Source: Xylella taiwanensis (lineage in GTDB: Bacteria > Pseudomonadota > Gammaproteobacteria > Xanthomonadales > Xanthomonadaceae). Taken from it: a stretch of 32,000 nt of DNA. The stretch spans positions 1,200,001-1,232,000 of the forward strand of contig NZ_CP053627.1 of NCBI RefSeq assembly GCF_013177435.1, in the 5' to 3' direction. A program made the translations under genes and the position numbers. Numbering within the stretch: the stretch's first letter is position 1; every line of letters starts with the position of its first letter. The notes under the pieces were generated by a model that searched no databases, was not told the origin of the DNA, and saw nothing but the letters and a program-made list of their open reading frames with translations. Positions 27,736 through 32,000 of this stretch are shown here, piece after piece.

Positions 27736-27906
27736 CTATGTGTGATCAGACGCCGTTTTTCCGCTATCGTGAAACTGCCCCAGTGACTCAATTCCTTCGG
27801 CAAGTTCTACCACGAACGGCTTGTGTGCCTTATCTATGTGCATGGCTTGGAGGAACTCGTAGTGGTTGACTGAGGTTAGATCCAAGTTGCTTGCCTTACG
27901 TGGCAC
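27736..27906 (-). CDS. hypothetical small ORF (56 aa, GTG start), coding status doubtful
   Basis: This ORF falls below the 60-aa track cut-off and I found it by hand translation: V-PRKASNLDLTSVNHYEFLQAMHIDKAHKPFVVELAEGIESLGQFHDSGKTASDHT*. The GTG is preceded by GGAG with a 5-nt spacer (GCCGGAGAAAGCGTG). A perfect TTGACA lies on the same strand at 28011-28006, but I could not find a good -10 at correct spacing. Confidence 0.2.
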   Translation of the reverse strand: MPRKASNLDLTSVNHYEFLQAMHIDKAHKPFVVELAEGIESLGQFHDSGKTASDHT

Positions 27907-28227
27907 GCTTTCTCCGGCTTGCTTCCATACTTTATTTCATCGTTCAGCAGTCTACTGGCCATCCTGACTGGTTCGCGTAACAAGCAGTATGTCAGCAGCT
28001 GCGAATGTCAAAAAACCTGATTTCCATGAGCGCAATATTCTGATTTACACCGATCGTGTTGCGATGCTGTACTCAGACGAGACGATAGCTGGAAGATGCA
28101 TCAAACACCCCAGCGTGTGGTTTATGTGGCTTGCAAGCGATGAGTCTAGATGGGGCGGATGCACTCGCACTTCATTTGAAAATCAAACAACCAGCGGCTA
28201 CCGAAATCTTTCGGGTAAGGAGGGGCA

Positions 28228-28416
28228 TTGCATTCTCCGCTATGACGATGCGTGCGAAACGACCTTGAACCAGCGGTTCAAGTGGAGACGCTGAAACACC
28301 ATTGGGCTTCCCGCTGCTAAGGCGGACTTGCACACCCGGCATCGTCGCGCCCCTTGGTCATGATTAAGGGACAAGGCGAATGTTTGCACACGCCGTCGTT
28401 CACAGCAGAGAACGCT
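28228..28416 (-). ncRNA. ssrS: 6S RNA (SsrS)
   Basis: The 5' arm UUCUCUGCUGUGA (from 28412 downward) pairs over 13 contiguous bp, including 2 G-U wobbles, with the 3' arm UCAUAGCGGAGAA (ending about 28231), and pairing extends further with bulges. The 3'-side hairpin CUUGAACC-GCU-GGUUCAAG (28265-28283) and a preceding GAAGCC element closely mirror E. coli 6S (CCUUGAACCAAGGGUUCAAGG). The length is about 185 nt. The position between zapA and ygfA on the same strand matches the conserved gammaproteobacterial synteny. Ends are approximate to within about 5 nt. Confidence 0.85.
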
Positions 28417-28421
28417 TAGCG

Positions 28422-28427
28422 ATTATA
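28422..28427 (-). promoter_or_regulatory. candidate -10 box (TATAAT) for ssrS
   Basis: A perfect TATAAT on the minus strand sits about 6-8 nt upstream of the predicted 6S 5' end. No convincing -35 lies at 17 nt (CTACAC). It is located about 90 nt downstream of the zapA stop. Confidence 0.45.
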
Positions 28428-28515
28428 TCCATCGTGATGTGTTTGTGTAGTCCATTTTTCATCGAGCGAATGGTGCTGAATTGACTAATTACATCACGGA
28501 TTTTGACGTTAACAG

Positions 28516-28815
28516 TCAATGCGCTGTATTCATCGCATTCTCCAGACGCCGTTGCAGTGTATCCAGTGTGGTGATCAGCAGACGCTCGTGATGCTCCTGC
28601 TTTTCATGCAGCTGCTGCAGTTCATGAGCGATGTTGAGTGCTGCAAGTATTGCGATGCGATCTATGGATGCCATACGGTTACTACCGCGGATCTCACGCA
28701 TGTGTGCGTCGAGTAGTTGTGCGGCGGCTATCAAGCCATTACGTTCTTCGACGCCCACTCCGACGGTATATTCGCGGTCGAGGATGCGGATGTTGACCGG
28801 CTCAGTGTCGCTCAC
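28516..28815 (-). CDS. zapA: cell division protein ZapA
   Basis: The 99-aa ORF has IRILDREYTVGV...AAQLLDAHMREIR...SIDRIAILAALNIAHEL, typical of ZapA. Its start overlaps the stop of the upstream coiled-coil gene by 4 bp. Confidence 0.9.
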   Translation of the reverse strand: MSDTEPVNIRILDREYTVGVGVEERNGLIAAAQLLDAHMREIRGSNRMASIDRIAILAALNIAHELQQLHEKQEHHERLLITTLDTLQRRLENAMNTAH

Positions 28816-29033
28816 GTGTGCTGCTCCAGGGCCTTAAGACGTGTAATCATTGCTTCCACGCGGGAGCGCGCTTGTTCGTTTTTGGCCAGAAGCTGAGAGC
28901 GTTCCACAATCATTTGATCCTGCTGATAGCGCAAGTTGCGGTTCTCGTCGGCTAAACGTTTGTAGGACTCGATCAACCTCTCCACGTGTGTGGCCAGGGC
29001 GTGGAGTTGGGTGAGGGCGTCAGTCTGATCCAT
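28812..29033 (-). CDS. TIGR02449-type coiled-coil protein (ZapB-like) encoded upstream of zapA
   Basis: The 73-aa ORF is entirely heptad-like coiled coil (LIESYKRLADENRNLRYQQDQMIVERSQLLAKNEQARSRVEAMITRLKALE). Its position directly upstream of, and overlapping, zapA matches Pseudomonas/Xanthomonas-type clusters. Confidence 0.75.
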   Translation of the reverse strand: MDQTDALTQLHALATHVERLIESYKRLADENRNLRYQQDQMIVERSQLLAKNEQARSRVEAMITRLKALEQHT

Positions 29034-29191
29034 GCTTGCAAGACTAGGTGCCGCTTGGAGTGCTGGTCAAGCACATATGGGCGTAATGCTCTTATACTAG
29101 TTTGGTTGGAAAAATTGTTACACTGAAAACCCAAGAATCTACAGTATTCTAAACTTCGATTTGTGCTGCACGCTTTAACCTTGAACCTCCC

Positions 29192-29734
29192 ATGCATCTT
29201 CCTGAAGTGATTGCAGTGCAACAAGAAAGCCGGCAGCTAGGTTTGTCCGCCACTGCTACTGAGCTTCATGGCAGCCTATCCGGTTTGTTAGCTGGTGGGG
29301 GAGGAAATGGCCCTGATTGGCTGGCACTGATTCTAGCCAATGCAGAAGCGCCTATACCGGCTAAGGGTAGTGCGCTGGAACGCTTGTATCAGGTCACTGT
29401 GTTGCAATTGGAGGATCCTGATTTTGCCTTCGAGTTACTCTTGACTGACGATGGAGCGACTTTGGCTGCGCGTGCCGATGCCTTGTTCGACTGGTGCCGT
29501 GCTTTCCTAGGTGGCTTTGGTCTGGCTGCGCAGTCCCGCTCGGTGCTGTCTGAGGAAGGTGATGAAGTCCTCCGTGATCTGGCTAAGCTGGCCCAAGCTT
29601 CAGTCGAAGACTTTGACGTGACTGAAGAGGAGGATGGGGCATTGGAGGAGCTCGAAGAGTTCGTTCGTGTGGCGGTGATGCTGTTGCACGGAGACTGTGT
29701 GATTGGTCCGCGTTTTTCCCAGCGCCTCAATTGA
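29192..29734 (+). CDS. ygfB: UPF0149 family protein YgfB-like
   Basis: The 180-aa ORF has [38 protein letters not shown] and an acidic C-terminal half, typical of YgfB. It is divergent from zapA and directly upstream of pepP, as in E. coli. Confidence 0.8.
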   Translation: MHLPEVIAVQQESRQLGLSATATELHGSLSGLLAGGGGNGPDWLALILANAEAPIPAKGSALERLYQVTVLQLEDPDFAFELLLTDDGATLAARADALFDWCRAFLGGFGLAAQSRSVLSEEGDEVLRDLAKLAQASVEDFDVTEEEDGALEELEEFVRVAVMLLHGDCVIGPRFSQRLN

Positions 29735-31071
29735 ATAGAATCGTGAAGAAGCATACAGGCATTGCTGCCGCTGAATATGGGTGTCGTCGCCGTCAGCTGA
29801 TGAAGATGGTTGGTGACCAGGGTATCGTCGTGCTACCAGCTGCGCCTGAGCGGGTACGTAGCCGTGATACTTATTACCCCTACCGGCAGGATTCTGATTT
29901 CTGGTACCTGAGTGGTTTTCCCGAGCCAGATGCGGTGTTGGTGCTTGTGCCGGGGCGTTGCCACGGTCAAGTAGTCCTATTCTGTCGTGAGCGTGATCCT
30001 GAGCGTGAAGCATGGGATGGTCCGCGTGCTGGGTACGACGGCGCGGTAGAGCATTACGGTATGGACGATGCATATCCGATTGATGACTTGGACGAAATCT
30101 TACCCGGCCTACTCGAAGGCCGGTCCCGGATCTATTATCATTTCTGTCGTGATGTTGAATTTGATCTGAGGCTAATTGGTTGGGTCAATCTAGCCCGTGA
30201 GCAAGTGCGCTACGGTACGGATTCTCCGCACGAATTTATAGACCTTGGCCACCTGTTGCATGAGCAGCGTCTGTTCAAGTCTTGCGATGAAATCGCTTTG
30301 CTTCAGTGTGCTGCCAACATCAGTGTTGAAGCACACCGTGCGGTGTTACGTTATGCGCATCCTAATGTTCCTGAATATGTTTTGCAGGCTGAGGTCGAGC
30401 GCGTGTTTCGCTCTGCTGACAGTTGGCCTGCTTATTCCAGTATTGTTGCTGCCGGTGCTAATGCGTGTGTATTGCACTACCGAGCCAATGCCGAGTGCAG
30501 CCGTGATGGCGATTTAGTGTTGATCGATGCCGGTGCTGAGTACCGTGGTTATGCCGCTGACATTACCCGTACTTTCCCCGTCAACGGGCGTTTTAGCCCA
30601 GCGCAGCGCGCGCTATACGATCTGGTGGGTGCTGCTCATGGTGCTGCGCTGGCGCAGGCGCGACCTGGGCTACCATATGAGGCTGGACATTTGGCTGCGG
30701 TGCAGACGTTGACCGAAGGCCTCCTGCGGCTTGGTCTCTTGCAGGGCACACTGGAGCAGAATTTGGCTGAGCAGAGTTACAAGCGCTTCTACCGTCACAA
30801 GACTGGGCATTGGTTAGGTTTGGACGTGCATGATGTTGGTGACTACCGTATTGATGGTCAGTCGCGATTACTTGAGCCTGGCATGGTCTTTACGATTGAG
30901 CCAGGGTTATACATTCTCCCGGATGACACTACGGTCCAGTCGAAGTGGCGCGGCATTGGCATACGTACCGAGGATGATTTATTAATTACCGAAGATGGAC
31001 ATCGTGTGCTGACTGATGCGTTGCCACGCTCTGCCGATGAGATCGAGGTGGAGATGGCTGCCGCGCGGTGA
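29731..31071 (+). CDS. pepP: Xaa-Pro aminopeptidase (aminopeptidase P, M24B)
   Basis: The N-terminal AMP_N domain ([13 protein letters not shown]..., [15 protein letters not shown]) is present. The pita-bread catalytic domain is also present ([61 protein letters not shown]). The start is either TTG 29731 (overlapping the ygfB stop) or in-frame GTG 29743. Confidence 0.92.
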   Translation: MNRIVKKHTGIAAAEYGCRRRQLMKMVGDQGIVVLPAAPERVRSRDTYYPYRQDSDFWYLSGFPEPDAVLVLVPGRCHGQVVLFCRERDPEREAWDGPRAGYDGAVEHYGMDDAYPIDDLDEILPGLLEGRSRIYYHFCRDVEFDLRLIGWVNLAREQVRYGTDSPHEFIDLGHLLHEQRLFKSCDEIALLQCAANISVEAHRAVLRYAHPNVPEYVLQAEVERVFRSADSWPAYSSIVAAGANACVLHYRANAECSRDGDLVLIDAGAEYRGYAADITRTFPVNGRFSPAQRALYDLVGAAHGAALAQARPGLPYEAGHLAAVQTLTEGLLRLGLLQGTLEQNLAEQSYKRFYRHKTGHWLGLDVHDVGDYRIDGQSRLLEPGMVFTIEPGLYILPDDTTVQSKWRGIGIRTEDDLLITEDGHRVLTDALPRSADEIEVEMAAAR

Positions 31072-31180
31072 GATGTCTCTTGATGTGCTGATCGGCACTC
31101 GCAGACTAATATCTGAGCTTCGCAATAGCTCGACTCGGCTTGCTGGTCCTGCTTGGTGGTGTATGGGTTTGCCAGGGTGC

Positions 31181-31732
31181 TTATCTGATGGGGGTGCCGT
31201 CCAGGGCGTGATCAATCAGCCATAGGGATGCCCATAGTTTTGGGTCCATCGCAAAGCCGGCATGCATCTTTTGTACTAACCAAGCTGCAGCTTGTGTACG
31301 TAGAATTTCGTGTACAACGATGTCCTCGTTAGCGTCACCGCCTCCGGCGCTGACCTTGTGCAATCCAGTGGCGCGTACAAAAGCGATACGCTCGCTGCTG
31401 GCTCCGGACGATACCGGACCGATGAGCAATATCTCGGCTTGGTCAGCACTCCAGCCGGTTTCTTCTTCTAGTTCGCGGATTGCTGCATGCTCGATTGATT
31501 CATTGGTATCAATGTCGCCGACCAATCCTGCCGGCATCTCAATAGTGCGTTGCTGCACGGGGACTCTGAATTGCTCGACAAAAATAACCCGGTCTTCCGG
31601 TGTTACCGCCAGGATAATTGCAGCTAGGCCGCCAGCGTGGACGCGTTCAGAGTATTCCCAAGTGCCGTGTACGATCATACGTTGGTACTTTCCTTCGAAG
31701 ACCACGTGTGGTGTGTTGTTAGACGAATTCAT
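31181..31732 (-). CDS. Nudix hydrolase (ADP-ribose pyrophosphatase-like)
   Basis: The Nudix box GLVGDIDTNESIEHAAIRELEEETGW (GX5EX7REUXEEXGU) is present. The track ORF extends to 31771, and the ATG at 31732 (MNSSNNTPHV...) is my preferred start. The gene is convergent with pepP. Confidence 0.82.
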   Translation of the reverse strand: MNSSNNTPHVVFEGKYQRMIVHGTWEYSERVHAGGLAAIILAVTPEDRVIFVEQFRVPVQQRTIEMPAGLVGDIDTNESIEHAAIRELEEETGWSADQAEILLIGPVSSGASSERIAFVRATGLHKVSAGGGDANEDIVVHEILRTQAAAWLVQKMHAGFAMDPKLWASLWLIDHALDGTPIR

Positions 31733-32000
31733 TGCTGTGAAATCTTCTTGATGGGTGGAGAGGGGGAACATACAAGCCTGTCGATTCCGTCACAAAGTTG
31801 CAGGGACGCAACGGCATCCTGCGCACAGGTTCTGCATCATATTGGAATCTGTTTGGTGTTTAAAAGCGTGGGTTGCCTCGATAGATCCGTACCACGCAAT
31901 GGTGGTCAATTGAGGTTGCAGCAGTACGTCCTTAACGTAGCAATGCGACTTAATCCATGCGTGTCAGTAGCATCCGAAGCTCAAATAGAATCGATGACTT

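Noticed and set aside
28199-28217. A small hairpin (CCGAAATCTTTCGG core) just downstream of the 6S 3' end, considered as an ssrS terminator.
   Set aside because: The stem is only 4-6 bp with a tiny loop. The T-rich stretch on the minus strand (TTGTTTGATTTTC) is not adjacent to it, so this is too weak to call.
27989-28294. A 101-aa + strand ORF in the zapA-ygfA spacer.
   Set aside because: Its 3' third is simply the antisense of the 6S RNA gene. It has no SD and an implausible composition (Cys/Trp/Arg-rich C-terminus), so it is best explained as a chance ORF.
29389-30073. Minus-strand ORFs of 121 and 157 aa across the ygfB/pepP junction.
   Set aside because: They are antisense to two genes with clear family signatures. 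They are Ser/Arg/His-rich shadow ORFs.
1-32000. A search for CRISPR arrays, rRNA/tRNA genes, integrase or att sites, toxin-antitoxin pairs or known defence-system gene sets.
   Set aside because: I saw no regularly spaced repeats, no cloverleaf-capable sequences and no recognisable integrase, nuclease, ATPase or defence domains. The only mobile-DNA signal is the dead IS5 copy.

Overview
This 32 kb window looks like ordinary chromosomal backbone from a moderate-GC gammaproteobacterium. Gene content and order resemble Xanthomonadaceae, possibly Xylella or Xanthomonas, but that is inference only. About 20 genes are confidently recognisable and almost all are housekeeping. They are: a Cam/CcmM-type gamma carbonic anhydrase-like protein, a two-gene AcrA/AcrB-type RND efflux operon, a giant (1663 aa) NAD-specific glutamate dehydrogenase, NAD kinase, a PF06189-type 5'-nucleotidase, a small cupin, an MBL-fold hydrolase, a DUF2461 protein translationally coupled to exonuclease I (sbcB), a CPA1/NhaP-type cation/proton antiporter, rpiA, and the conserved cluster pepP-ygfB / zapB-like-zapA-ssrS(6S RNA)-ygfA(5-formyl-THF cyclo-ligase)-EVE, followed by a Nudix hydrolase. 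The non-backbone content is a frameshifted IS5-family transposase remnant (about 15.45-16.38 kb) and several long ORF-poor tracts (5.28-6.32, 13.2-14.9, 20.0-22.7, 27.26-28.23 kb). I found no CRISPR array, tRNA/rRNA gene, intact mobile element or recognisable defence or secretion system, and no convincing evidence for a new multi-gene system. Four things deserve a second look. First, about 1 kb of sequence with only tiny ORFs sits between the 6S RNA gene and ygfA. Second, there is an orphan, very acidic, Trp-rich 182-aa protein. Third, two extremely C-depleted, G+T-rich noncoding tracts occur, one of which seems to hold a decayed LysR-type regulator. Fourth, a 21-nt-phased duplication creates two equivalent start sites for the antiporter.
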